From IMG/VR virus record IMGVR_UViG_3300010267_000002: a stretch of 56,778 nt of DNA, one strand, 5' to 3'. The stretch comes from a virus. A program made the translations under genes and the position numbers. A model generated the notes under the pieces. It was not told where the DNA came from, made no database searches, and saw only the letters and a list, made by a program, of their open reading frames with translations. The first letter of the stretch is position 1. Each line of letters starts with the position of its first letter. Below are positions 13,851-23,465 of this stretch, one piece after another.

Positions 13851-13986
13851 GTCCTGTAGTTTATAATTGACTTGTTACGCGTCCGTGAGTAAGGCCGAGG
13901 GTATTTATATATTAAAGATACAACGTACGTGTAACGAGTTGGCTTACTTCTAGACATTCTTGTAGCTATATCGGGTGACTGTGTGA

Positions 13987-14009
13987 CGTATAATATAAAT
14001 AAGGAGGTG
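13987..14009 (+). promoter_or_regulatory. Promoter/SD cassette CGTATAATATAAATAAGGAGGTG upstream of terS
   Basis: Near-identical to 18657-18678 and to the minus-strand copy at 8291-8312. Confidence 0.55.
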
Positions 14010-14014
14010 TTGTT

Positions 14015-14791
14015 ATGCTTATTAAATGTCCTAAGTGTGGGCAAGAGAAAGAAGCTCATCCAACAGACACCCACCTTTGTGTAGATTGTGTGCATGCTGA
14101 GAATAATCGGCTTACATATTATAGACAACACCAAGGCGACTGGATAGCAGAAGCTAAGGAACAAGGGATAGCACCTTGGTTAATGCAACCAGGCGAAACA
14201 CAGTGGGAGTACACTGTGTGGACAGCTTACCGTGATAGCTACCCAGGTAAGAAACCAACTTATAGCGACGTGGCGAAGCAGTTAGGCACTACCTACAATG
14301 TAGTTAAGAAGATAGCGCAGCGATGGAGTTTTCCTGTACGTATGCAGCTATGGATGGCTGAATGTGACAGAATTACAATGTTGCAGCGCAAAGAAGAGAT
14401 TCTTAGCATGAATAAAGCACATATCGACATGGCAACTAAGTTGCGAGAGAAACTCAACGCCGCTATAGACGCTATCGAGCCTAGCACATTGAAACCAAGT
14501 GAGATAGCGTCGCTCGCTAAATTGTCTGCGGATATGGAGCGCAAGGCTAGGATAGACTCTGAGGCCCAAGAGGACATGAGGAGACAATTGCTTGTAGATA
14601 ACTCCAACCCAGAACTTAAGAAGACACAAACTAAGCAGAGTGACCTCGGCGAAGTGCTGCAGATTCTATTGAAGGCAGGTGCGCTAAAGAACATTACCAC
14701 AATTGGTGTCAAAGAGACAACTACAAGAGAAGTAGTAGCTCGTGATGACGAAGGCAGCATAGCTGCTATGATACAAGAGGAGGACAACTAA
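14015..14791 (+). CDS. terS: Terminase small subunit
   Basis: Position immediately upstream of HNH and terL. N-terminal zinc ribbon, HTH-like YSDVAKQLGTTYNVVKKIAQRW, and a coiled-coil C-terminus. Confidence 0.7.
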   Translation: MLIKCPKCGQEKEAHPTDTHLCVDCVHAENNRLTYYRQHQGDWIAEAKEQGIAPWLMQPGETQWEYTVWTAYRDSYPGKKPTYSDVAKQLGTTYNVVKKIAQRWSFPVRMQLWMAECDRITMLQRKEEILSMNKAHIDMATKLREKLNAAIDAIEPSTLKPSEIASLAKLSADMERKARIDSEAQEDMRRQLLVDNSNPELKKTQTKQSDLGEVLQILLKAGALKNITTIGVKETTTREVVARDDEGSIAAMIQEEDN

Positions 14792-15351
14792 TGGGACGCA
14801 ACCAAAGGATGTATGGAAGCTTTCCATCTGAGGATATTGACGGTAAGCGCCGCTGCGTATTCTGTGGTGAACTTAAGCCACTGAGTGCTTATCATAAGAA
14901 TGGTTATAACCCTGATGGTAGTACTGCGTATCGTCAAGATTGCAAAGTGTGCTACAATATAAGGCGCCGTGAGAACAAAGCGAAGAAGAAACATTCAGAC
15001 TTTATTGGTGGGCAGAAGCGCCGCGGCGAAGTCGAGCCAAGCTTATCACACCAAGAGTGGAAAGAGGTACTGATTTACTTCGGCGGTAAGTGTGCTTATT
15101 GTGGATGCACACCGAAGCGAAGGCAACGACTAACTAAAGATCATTTGCAGCCTATAAGCGCTGGTGGAAAAACCTGCATAGAGAATATAGTGCCGGCGTG
15201 TAGTTCGTGTAACAGTTCTAAAGGTGCTGAGGATTTCAAAGAATGGTTCATGCGTCAACCATTCTTTAGCCAGGAAAGACTCAACAGGATTTTCAAATGG
15301 AGGACAATGATGAGGCAAGTAGGTGAGGAGGGGTCTATCAGTGGAAATTGA
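14791..15351 (+). CDS. HNH endonuclease (terminase-associated)
   Basis: Motif CAYCGC...KDHLQPISAGGKTCIENIVPACSSCNSSKG. The N-terminal zinc ribbon belongs to the CxxCG...CKxCY family. Confidence 0.85.
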   Translation: MGRNQRMYGSFPSEDIDGKRRCVFCGELKPLSAYHKNGYNPDGSTAYRQDCKVCYNIRRRENKAKKKHSDFIGGQKRRGEVEPSLSHQEWKEVLIYFGGKCAYCGCTPKRRQRLTKDHLQPISAGGKTCIENIVPACSSCNSSKGAEDFKEWFMRQPFFSQERLNRIFKWRTMMRQVGEEGSISGN

Positions 15352-16708
15352 TTTGAGCAAAGTAGATAAGGCCACGCTCCAAGCAATGCTGACGCCACGA
15401 TTGACTAAATATATACCGTTTGAACCTACGCCTAAACAAAGTGCGTTCTTACTTATGAACGATTGTAAGGAGATACTATATGGTGGCGCTGCAGGCGGAG
15501 GTAAGTCGGTTGCGCTGCTAATGGGAGCCTTACAGTTTGTAGATATACCAGGATACTCGGCGATCTTATTTCGTAAGACATATGCCGATCTTGCATTACC
15601 CGGTGCGTTAATTGATATATCAAAACAATGGCTAATGCCATTTGTAGAAACTAAAGAGGTTAAGTGGTCTGAGAAAGAAAAGCAATATGTGTTTCCATCA
15701 GGTGCAACGTTAAACTTTGGTTATCTGGAGTCTGCTAATGATTGTTACAGGTACCAGGGAGCTGAATTCCAGTATATTGGCATGGATGAGGTAACGCATA
15801 TTGATCCAGCTAACTATAGGTACTTGTTTTCTCGTTTGCGTAAACCAAAGACATTGCAAGTACCATTGCGTTTTAGGGCCTCAGCAAACCCTGGCGGAGA
15901 GTTTGGAGAGTATTACTATCAGAGATTCTTTGTAGAGGGACCGGAGAAGGGGCGCATATTCATTCCAGCTGGCTTAGATGATAACCCGTACCTTGATGCT
16001 GAAGCGTATAGAGAATCGCTTAATGAGCTTGATCCTGTTGAACGTGAAAGATTACTTAATGGTAACTGGGAGATTAAGTCACAAGGTGACATGTTCAGTA
16101 GACATTGGTTCGTAATAGTCCCAGCAACAGACATACCTAAGGAGGCTCGTTCTGTTAGATTTTGGGATATGGCTTCAACAGACCCTTCAAGGCGTAAGGG
16201 TAAAAATAAGCGCGAACCTGACTGGACTGTTGGTTTTAAGTTATCACATTACCAGGGTATGTACTGGATTGAGGACATCGTTAGAGTACAGAAGACACCA
16301 CAAGGTGTTGAAGAGACTATTAAGATGACTGCCGAACAGGATGGGTATTCTGTCGCCATTAGGATGGAGCAGGAGCCTGGTTCTTCAGGAGCCATAACTA
16401 TTGACCACTATGCAAGAAATGTACTAGCTGGGTATGACTTCGCTGGTGTAGTATCTACTGGTTCAAAGGTTGAGCGTGCCAGGACTGCATCTGCTGCTGC
16501 TCAAGCAGGAAGAATACTTGTATCTAACAGGTGTAGAAACATACTAGCATTCTTTGATGAGGCTGATGTATTTCCATATGGTTTAAAAGATGATACAATT
16601 GATGGATTGTCAGGTGCATTCAATTATTTTAGAGGATCAAATCTTATGAGGGTCCCGACAGGTATAAAAAAGAGTGGTGGGTCTTATTGGACTAAATTAA
16701 GGAGGTAA
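15341..16708 (+). CDS. terL: Terminase large subunit
   Basis: Walker A YGGAAGGGKS and Walker B-like YIGMDEV. GTG 15341 lies 7 nt after GAGGAGGGG; the track start is 15323. Confidence 0.9.
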   Translation: MEIDLSKVDKATLQAMLTPRLTKYIPFEPTPKQSAFLLMNDCKEILYGGAAGGGKSVALLMGALQFVDIPGYSAILFRKTYADLALPGALIDISKQWLMPFVETKEVKWSEKEKQYVFPSGATLNFGYLESANDCYRYQGAEFQYIGMDEVTHIDPANYRYLFSRLRKPKTLQVPLRFRASANPGGEFGEYYYQRFFVEGPEKGRIFIPAGLDDNPYLDAEAYRESLNELDPVERERLLNGNWEIKSQGDMFSRHWFVIVPATDIPKEARSVRFWDMASTDPSRRKGKNKREPDWTVGFKLSHYQGMYWIEDIVRVQKTPQGVEETIKMTAEQDGYSVAIRMEQEPGSSGAITIDHYARNVLAGYDFAGVVSTGSKVERARTASAAAQAGRILVSNRCRNILAFFDEADVFPYGLKDDTIDGLSGAFNYFRGSNLMRVPTGIKKSGGSYWTKLRR

Positions 16709-16715
16709 TAAATAA

Positions 16716-18086
16716 ATGGCCAAACTAGTAAACTTTAAACAGTTAGGCTCAACTGGGCTAAGGCGCCATGGTCCATATATCTATGAAGAATTTTTGCCAG
16801 AGCTACGCTGGCCTAGAGCTGGTAAGATATATCAAGAAATGGCTGATAACGACCCTGTTATAGGAGCTATACTGTACCTAGCTGAGATGCTTATTAGGGG
16901 GGTTACCTGGGACGTGGTTCCTGCTGGTGATACACCAGAGGATCGTGAGGCAGCAACGTTTCTTAAGAGCTGCATGGATGATATGGAGATGTCTTGGGCT
17001 AATGTAATATCAGAAATACTATCCATGTTCACTTATGGCTTCAGCTTCCATGAGATTATTTATAAGGTCAGGCGTGGACCTAATGAGCGCAATCCTAAAT
17101 ATCGTAGCCAGTATAGTGATGGGCGTATCGGCTGGCGCGCAATGCCTATTAGATCACAGACATCTATGGCCGAGTGGATTTTCAATAAGGACAACGAGTT
17201 AGTCGCTTTTGTGCAAGTTGCCGAACCAGACTATAAGCGTGTAATAATTCCTATGTCTAAAGGCTTGCTATTTCGTACGCGGGTCAGTAGAGACAACCCT
17301 GAAGGTAAGTCGCTGTTACGTAATGCGTATAGACCTTGGTTCTTTAAGAAACATTTTGAAGAAATTGAAGGTATAGGAATTGAGCGTGACTTAGCCGGTT
17401 TTCCTGTGCTTACAGCACCAGAGAACTTAGACTTATGGAATGATGAAGACCCACAAATGGTCGCGCTTAGAACCAAAGCTGAGGATCTTGTTTCGTCTAT
17501 CCGTAGAGATAGCGAAGAAGGTATACTCCTTCCTTACGGTTGGAAATTAGAACTACTTACGTCTGGGTCTAGTAGACAAATAGATATTGGCAGTACTATT
17601 GATAGGTATGATAATAGGATTGCTATAACACTGCTCTCTGATATTATACTTCTTGGTAATAAAAGCGGTTCTTTTGCTCTTGCTGATACAAAGCAGTCTA
17701 TGCTAGCCGCAGCCTTGCAAGCACAAGTAACTAACATAGCTGATGTATTTAACTCTAAGGCGGTGCCGCAGTTGTTTAAATTTAATACCTTTAATATTAC
17801 AAAACTTCCAAAGATAGTTCCTGGTCAAATACAAACGCCTTCGCTGAAGGAAGTTGCACTGCTGATGCGTGCTATGGGCCTTAATATTGCTGGTGACCAT
17901 AAATTGCAAAGTTATCTTAGACACTTACTTGGTATGCCAGAGTTATCAGAGGAGGATTTTAAGAAGATATACGAATGTCAAGCAACTGTGGCAGAAAAAA
18001 CAAAGACTACTAATGAAGACGTTAACCCAAATGACAGACCATTTGAACAAAATGATATGAGATACACCGGGGACGGTGAGATGTAA
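16716..18086 (+). CDS. Portal protein
   Basis: 456 aa, immediately after terL. Typical size and position. Confidence 0.8.
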   Translation: MAKLVNFKQLGSTGLRRHGPYIYEEFLPELRWPRAGKIYQEMADNDPVIGAILYLAEMLIRGVTWDVVPAGDTPEDREAATFLKSCMDDMEMSWANVISEILSMFTYGFSFHEIIYKVRRGPNERNPKYRSQYSDGRIGWRAMPIRSQTSMAEWIFNKDNELVAFVQVAEPDYKRVIIPMSKGLLFRTRVSRDNPEGKSLLRNAYRPWFFKKHFEEIEGIGIERDLAGFPVLTAPENLDLWNDEDPQMVALRTKAEDLVSSIRRDSEEGILLPYGWKLELLTSGSSRQIDIGSTIDRYDNRIAITLLSDIILLGNKSGSFALADTKQSMLAAALQAQVTNIADVFNSKAVPQLFKFNTFNITKLPKIVPGQIQTPSLKEVALLMRAMGLNIAGDHKLQSYLRHLLGMPELSEEDFKKIYECQATVAEKTKTTNEDVNPNDRPFEQNDMRYTGDGEM

Positions 18087-18123
18087 ATGAATAAAGACAA
18101 TTTATTAAAGGAGGTAAACTATA

Positions 18124-18633
18124 ATGGGTACTACTATAAGTACAGAACAAAATACGCGCACATCTGTAAGTGTATATAGGGACGATGGTTCATCTTCATA
18201 TATTACATTTAACGAGAGCGTGTATAAGGAAGAATGCTTGCCGTTTGAGATAAGCTTCGAAATCTCTAAGGCAAACGACGAGGGGCTGGTTAGTGGATGG
18301 GCTAATGTGACGCTACAACCTGATGGTACTCCGCCACTTGATTGGCAGGGTGATATTATTAGGACAGAAGTGCTTGAGAAAGCTGCCATTGATTTTATGC
18401 TAGATTATAGAGGTAGCGGTGTGATGCATAAAGGTGGATGCAAAGGTGTCGTTGTAGAGTCTATAGTGTTTACTAAAGACAAGCAAGCGGCTATAGGCAT
18501 ACCAGAAGGCACGATACCTGAAGGGTGGTTTATAACTGTAAAAGTTTTAGACCCGGAAGTGTTCGAACTAGTTAAGAGTAAAGCACTTAAGATGTTCTCT
18601 ATACAGGGTACTGCTAAACGAATTAAGCTTTAG
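18124..18633 (+). CDS. Prohead serine protease, XkdF-like
   Basis: Motifs GWANVTLQPDGTPPLDWQGDII, VVESIVF and GWFITVKVLD...FSIQG. Sits between the portal and scaffold genes. Confidence 0.7.
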   Translation: MGTTISTEQNTRTSVSVYRDDGSSSYITFNESVYKEECLPFEISFEISKANDEGLVSGWANVTLQPDGTPPLDWQGDIIRTEVLEKAAIDFMLDYRGSGVMHKGGCKGVVVESIVFTKDKQAAIGIPEGTIPEGWFITVKVLDPEVFELVKSKALKMFSIQGTAKRIKL

Positions 18634-18656
18634 TGATATACAATATAGCCAAACCG

Positions 18657-18678
18657 CGTATAATATAAATAGGAGGTG
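18657..18678 (+). promoter_or_regulatory. Promoter/SD cassette CGTATAATATAAATAGGAGGTG upstream of the scaffold gene
   Basis: Sequence identity with 13987-14009. Confidence 0.5.
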
Positions 18679-18686
18679 AGTTATGG

Positions 18687-19487
18687 ATGCCATACTTACT
18701 TGAAGACCTGGTGATTACCCGTGTCGACTTAGTTGATGAAGGAGCCAATTCGGCAGCTTTCATAGAACTTTATAAAAGAAAGGAGCGAAGCGACAAGATG
18801 GAATTAAAAGACATTATCGCTAAGATGAACCCTGAGCACGCTGCTGTTGTTCAAGCAGAAATAGATAACTTGTCTAGTGAGGTCGCTAAGGCAAAGGAAT
18901 CTACTGCTGCGTTAACAATTGAGCGAGATAGTGCAAAGGAAGCTTTGGAAAAAGCGACGGGAGACCTTAAAACAGCAAATGAAGAATTAGCAAAAGTTAA
19001 AGCAGAACTTGAGGCACTGAAGGCCAATGATGCAGCCTCTAACGAAGAGGACATTATCAAGGCTATGCCTGAAGAAGCTCGTGCATTGTACATTAAAATG
19101 AAAGCCCAAAAAGAAGCTGCTGAAGAAGCAATCCGTAAAGCCAAAGAGGCTGAGGCACAGGCTACAGCAATTGCTAAAGCAGCAGAACTGAAGGCTATTC
19201 CTATTGAGCAAGACAAGCTTGTAGGAATCCTTAAGGGAGCTTCTCCGGAATTGCTCGAAGTACTTACAGCTATCAATAGTGCTATTGAAAGTACTGTGTT
19301 AGGCGAAGTAGGTAAGAGATCTCCGGGACAAGCATCTTCAAGCAGTGAAGAAGCTTGGGCAAAAATTGAAGCTAAGGCGGCTGAGATTGCCAAAGCAAAA
19401 GGTATTTCGAAGGCTAAGGCCATCTCTCAGGCAGTAGAGGAAAATCCTGATCTGTACAAAGAGTATCTGCAAGGAGGTGCTAACTAA
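18687..19487 (+). CDS. Scaffolding protein
   Basis: Ala/Glu/Lys-rich coiled-coil composition. Position upstream of the capsid gene. Confidence 0.75.
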   Translation: MPYLLEDLVITRVDLVDEGANSAAFIELYKRKERSDKMELKDIIAKMNPEHAAVVQAEIDNLSSEVAKAKESTAALTIERDSAKEALEKATGDLKTANEELAKVKAELEALKANDAASNEEDIIKAMPEEARALYIKMKAQKEAAEEAIRKAKEAEAQATAIAKAAELKAIPIEQDKLVGILKGASPELLEVLTAINSAIESTVLGEVGKRSPGQASSSSEEAWAKIEAKAAEIAKAKGISKAKAISQAVEENPDLYKEYLQGGAN

Positions 19488-19834
19488 TGAATAATGCGTA
19501 TGAAATTCCAAACTTAAGGTTTAGTTTGCCGGCTGGTGAAGACATACCCCGTAGGCGCTTTATTTCCGTGAATTCTTCAGGCGAAGGCGTTCTTGCCACT
19601 GCGGGTGGTTCGGCCATTGGTGTGTCTATGAACGAAGCTGCAGCAGGTGAAGTTCTTGAAGTTGCCGATGGTATAGTAATAGTAGAGACCAGTGATGCAA
19701 TAGAAGCTGGCGCTAGTATTTCTGTAGCTGAAGATGGTCTGGCTGTTACAGCATCCGACGACGACGTGGTAGTTGGTACAGCACTTACTAATGCTGCCAG
19801 CGCAAATTTGTTTATTGCCGTTAAATTACTGTAA
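19487..19834 (+). CDS. Head decoration-like protein (DUF2190-like)
   Basis: 115 aa and Gly/Ala/Val-rich, directly before the major capsid gene. Confidence 0.55.
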   Translation: MNNAYEIPNLRFSLPAGEDIPRRRFISVNSSGEGVLATAGGSAIGVSMNEAAAGEVLEVADGIVIVETSDAIEAGASISVAEDGLAVTASDDDVVVGTALTNAASANLFIAVKLL

Positions 19835-19852
19835 GGAAGGGAGTGTTGATAA

Positions 19853-20824
19853 ATGCCTAAAATGCAAGATGCCCACATTGATAGAGCGTTAACAAATATG
19901 TCAGTTGCATATATGCAGGACGCTAGCAATTATATAGCTGACAAAGTTTTTCCTATCATACCTGTTAAGCGCCAGGCTGATCTCTACTACATTTATAACG
20001 CTGGGGACTTCTTGAGAGATGAAGCCAAAGTTAGAGGAGCTATTTCAGAATCTGTTGGTGGTGACTACGATCTTGATTCAGATACTTACTACTGTAAGAA
20101 ATATGCGTTCCATAAGGATGTTTCTCCAGAGGAGCGCGTGAATTATGATGAACCACTTGATGCAGATAAGGACGCACAGATTTTCGTGACCCAAAAGATG
20201 CTTATCCGTAGGGAAGTGGAATGGGCCTCTAAGTTCTTTAAAGCTGGTGTATGGTCTAATGAAATCGCTGGTGCTGAAAGTGCAGGCTCCGGTACTGTAG
20301 TATATTGGAACAAGGACACATCTAATCCCATCCAGGATATAACGAATGAAGCAGTCAAGATGGCAGCTCGTACAGGTTACAGACCTAATACTTTGGTTCT
20401 GTCCCCCTACGTATTCAATGCTTTAAAGAACCATTACGACGTTCTTGACAGAGTTAAGTATACCGAAACCGGTGTTGTTACAACGTCCTTGCTTGCGTCG
20501 CTGTTCGAAGTTGAAAATGTGTATGTAGCTTGGGCAGTAGTTAATAACAGTGCTAAAGGTGCTAATGATGATGTTAATTTCATCATGGGCAAGAATGCGT
20601 TGCTTTGTTACAGTAACCCTAACCCTAGCCTGAGAACGCCTTCAGCCGGCTATATCTTTTCTTGGGTTGGTTTAGAGGGTGCTGGAGCTTACGGTAACCG
20701 TATCGTTAGAATTCCTATGGATCTGCTCGGCCTAGGTGTAGAACGTATCGAGGGTGAAATCGCTTTTGATGCTAAGAAAGTTAGCGATGACCTCGGTGTG
20801 TTCTTTAAGGACATCGTAGAATAA
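19853..20824 (+). CDS. Major capsid protein
   Basis: 323 aa. Position after the scaffold and decoration genes. Strong SD. Confidence 0.8.
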   Translation: MPKMQDAHIDRALTNMSVAYMQDASNYIADKVFPIIPVKRQADLYYIYNAGDFLRDEAKVRGAISESVGGDYDLDSDTYYCKKYAFHKDVSPEERVNYDEPLDADKDAQIFVTQKMLIRREVEWASKFFKAGVWSNEIAGAESAGSGTVVYWNKDTSNPIQDITNEAVKMAARTGYRPNTLVLSPYVFNALKNHYDVLDRVKYTETGVVTTSLLASLFEVENVYVAWAVVNNSAKGANDDVNFIMGKNALLCYSNPNPSLRTPSAGYIFSWVGLEGAGAYGNRIVRIPMDLLGLGVERIEGEIAFDAKKVSDDLGVFFKDIVE

Positions 20825-21225
20825 TGTTTGTAGTTAGGCGCTCTTTTAGGGGACCACGAGGACCTATATCTGCTGGCTCTATTGTTGAGCCAGCAGATAT
20901 AAGGAACTTTAGGTACCGACTGCAAGAGAAGCATATCATAGAAGTTACCGAGCAGAACTTCAATGGCTATCGTGCATTTTTTAAACAGCGTTTTGGAGTA
21001 GACATTGGTGCAGCAAAGGAACTTGAAGAGCGTAAAAAGATGCTTGCTTCAAAATGTGCTAAACTAAAGCTAGAACTGCCCGAGGACCTAACTATTGAGC
21101 AGCTTGAACAAGCAATAATTGACGCTGAGGCAAAAGCTGAGGCAAAAGCTGAGGCAAAAGCTGAGGCAAAAGCTGAGGCAAAGGTTGCTGCAGAGGTAAA
21201 AGTTGCAAAAGTTACTACTAAATAG
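20824..21225 (+). CDS. Hypothetical head-associated protein with an (AEAK)n tail
   Basis: 133-aa ORF coupled to the capsid stop (TAATG). Confidence 0.6.
   Translation: MFVVRRSFRGPRGPISAGSIVEPADIRNFRYRLQEKHIIEVTEQNFNGYRAFFKQRFGVDIGAAKELEERKKMLASKCAKLKLELPEDLTIEQLEQAIIDAEAKAEAKAEAKAEAKAEAKVAAEVKVAKVTTK
21124..21183 (+). repeat. 5 x 12-bp tandem repeat GCTGAGGCAAAA encoding AEAK repeats
   Basis: Direct reading. Confidence 0.9.
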
Positions 21226-21236
21226 GAGGTGATAAG

Positions 21237-21626
21237 ATGTCTTGGAGTTATTCTGGAAATCCAGCTAATAGTGAACTAGATGAGCTCCGATTTATTATTG
21301 GAGATACAAATATGTCTGAACCTATTATGCAGGATGAAGAACTTGAGTATCTTATCACCAAGTATGGATCTAATAGAAATTTATTGATGTACCAAGCTTT
21401 TACACGTGCAGCAACTTTATTTGCTAGGGATATTAAACGTAGCTTAGGGCCACAATCTGAAGATCCCACTGAAAGACTAAAGTATTTCAGGGACCAAGCT
21501 AATTTATATAAGGCTAAGCTTGCAATTGCTGGCATATCAGTACCAATATATAATTATCCCAAGGTATTCCATAAAGGTATGCATAGCAATCCACCTTGGC
21601 CAGCAGGCGGTGGTAGGAATGTTTAA
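21237..21626 (+). CDS. Head-tail connector protein (gp6-like)
   Basis: Size and position in the connector block. Confidence 0.55.
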   Translation: MSWSYSGNPANSELDELRFIIGDTNMSEPIMQDEELEYLITKYGSNRNLLMYQAFTRAATLFARDIKRSLGPQSEDPTERLKYFRDQANLYKAKLAIAGISVPIYNYPKVFHKGMHSNPPWPAGGGRNV

Positions 21627-21927
21627 GAGCTTAAAACCTTGGATGAATTTACCGTTTGTTTTTAGACCTTACATTGGCCGTAGCGGTACTGGCGCTAAAC
21701 AGTTTGCTGCTGATGAATCTGGTTTATGCTATGCGGAAGGTTCTGTGAAAGTTGTGAAAGATGCTCAAGGAAAAGAAGTAGTATCTACAATGCAACTGTA
21801 CGTCGATGGTAACTCTTCTATTAAAGAACTCGACAATGTGGTGTTCGAGGGACGTGAGTCAGAGATTAAAGCTATCGGCTACTTTTATAGGAACGGGCGT
21901 GTAGATATGAAGGTGGTGTATCTTTAA
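21619..21927 (+). CDS. Head closure / head-tail joining protein
   Basis: ATG 21619 overlaps the upstream stop. The track start is 21520. Confidence 0.55.
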   Translation: MFKSLKPWMNLPFVFRPYIGRSGTGAKQFAADESGLCYAEGSVKVVKDAQGKEVVSTMQLYVDGNSSIKELDNVVFEGRESEIKAIGYFYRNGRVDMKVVYL

Positions 21928-22385
21928 TGCGTGGCTTTGCAGAATTTTCATTTAATAAACAGGATATAGATGCATTTACTGCTAGGTGCGAGTTTGCTAT
22001 AAGGAACATTGACAGAGGTACTAAGAAAGCTACTATAGCTGCAGCTGAAGAGATAATGAACGAAAGTAAGCGTCAAGTACCTAAATTGACTAAAACATTA
22101 TTATCTAGTGCTTTTTATGAAGTAACACGTAGAACAGATACAGCCGCTACAACTTGGGCCTATGAAGCACTATTAGGGTATGGCGGTAATGGAGATCCTA
22201 TAAATCCTGTTACTGGTAAGCCAGCGTCATATTACATGGTGGCAGTGCATGAGGATTTAGATGCGTTTCACCCTGTAGGTAAAGCTAAGTTCCTAGAGGA
22301 TCCAGTAAGAGAATACGCTAATAAGAACTTTAAAAGAACTGTATTTAAATATGCAAAGGAATCGCTAGCAGGCATGAGTGATTAG
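21927..22385 (+). CDS. Tail completion protein, HK97 gp10-like
   Basis: N-terminus MRGFAEFSFNKQDIDAF...AAAEEIMNESKRQVP is typical of this family. Position supports the call. Confidence 0.6.
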   Translation: MRGFAEFSFNKQDIDAFTARCEFAIRNIDRGTKKATIAAAEEIMNESKRQVPKLTKTLLSSAFYEVTRRTDTAATTWAYEALLGYGGNGDPINPVTGKPASYYMVAVHEDLDAFHPVGKAKFLEDPVREYANKNFKRTVFKYAKESLAGMSD

Positions 22386-22399
22386 AAAGGGGGCTGCTA

Positions 22400-22801
22400 A
22401 TGAATAAGCCATTGTTACTTGACATTGTATCATTTCTTATAGCTAAGCAAATTGTTATAGAAGATGGTACAGATGTATTTCGTGACTTTACTCCAGAAGC
22501 ACCCGATTCTCTAGTAGCTCTGCATGAGTATAGCGGTAGCCCTGCATCTTTATATGACCCTGCAGTTCATCGGTCTGTACAGATACTTGTAAGGGACCCT
22601 GACGCCGACACGGCGAGGCAAAAAGCTGTTAATATTTTTAAAGCATTTCAGGAAGAACAGGATGATGACGGTAGAGTAGATTTAACTCCAACCCGTTGGG
22701 GTCAGGTATACCTGCGTCAGCCTCCGTTCTTAATGAAACGCGATGAAAATAACCGAGTCTACTATGCCTTTAATATAGGCATAACAACTACTATTGAATA
22801 G
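22400..22801 (+). CDS. Tail terminator-like protein
   Basis: Position immediately upstream of the major tail gene. Confidence 0.5.
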   Translation: MNKPLLLDIVSFLIAKQIVIEDGTDVFRDFTPEAPDSLVALHEYSGSPASLYDPAVHRSVQILVRDPDADTARQKAVNIFKAFQEEQDDDGRVDLTPTRWGQVYLRQPPFLMKRDENNRVYYAFNIGITTTIE

Positions 22802-22814
22802 GAGGAATTAAACT

Positions 22815-23432
22815 ATGGCAATGAGAATAGGTTGCGACAATCTTGTGTATGCAAAGATGATCACAGAAGATACTGCTACAACAGCTCCAGTGTATGATGA
22901 AGTAGTATCTGCACCTGGTGTAATGCATATTAACATCAATCCTAATACTTCATTAGCGACAGCATTCTATGATGATGGCCCTGGTGAAACAGCTTCTACA
23001 TTAGGTAATATAGACGTTGAAATTCAAAAGAACGCCCTGACGTCTCAGAACAAAGCTGACTTACTTGGGCACACAATTGACGCTAATGGTGGTGTAGTGT
23101 ATGGTGATAATGATACGCCACCTTGGGTTGCAATTGGCTTTAGAACATTAAAGTCTAATGGTAAGTACCGGTATGTATGGCTGTACAAAGGCCGTTTCTC
23201 TGACCCTGAGGACAATAATGAGACTAAGGCTGATAGCATCAATTTTCAGTCTGACACAATAAGAGGTCAGTTCGTAAAACTTAACTACCCTGTGGAAGTT
23301 GCACCTGGTGTTGCTAAGAGAGTTTGGAAGTACGAAATTGATGCAGACAACCCTGATGCTAACGAGGCTACAATGCGTACCTGGTTTGATGATGTTAAAA
23401 TGCCATCCGCTACAGAAGATACTGGAGAGTAA
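22815..23432 (+). CDS. Major tail (tube) protein, phi13/TP901-1-like
   Basis: 205 aa. Position upstream of the chaperone pair and tape measure gene. Confidence 0.75.
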   Translation: MAMRIGCDNLVYAKMITEDTATTAPVYDEVVSAPGVMHININPNTSLATAFYDDGPGETASTLGNIDVEIQKNALTSQNKADLLGHTIDANGGVVYGDNDTPPWVAIGFRTLKSNGKYRYVWLYKGRFSDPEDNNETKADSINFQSDTIRGQFVKLNYPVEVAPGVAKRVWKYEIDADNPDANEATMRTWFDDVKMPSATEDTGE

Positions 23433-23465
23433 CAAAAATAAATCCGTTAAAGGGGGAAAATCTTA

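Noticed and set aside
13657-14164. ORFs 13657-13851 (+, Pro-rich) and 13700-14164 (-, 154 aa) across island E and the terS leader
   Set aside because: Neither has an SD. The minus ORF runs antisense through the terS promoter and start. Their compositions reflect the GC tract and the AT-rich spacer rather than a protein.
18851-19423. 190-aa antisense ORF inside the scaffold gene (similarly 9507-9890 plus, 14293-14787 minus, 37392-37865 minus, 47560-48090 minus and 52988-53557 minus)
   Set aside because: They lie antisense to well-supported genes with SD sites and recognisable motifs. Their compositions are biased (Ala/Ser/Leu-rich mirror translations).
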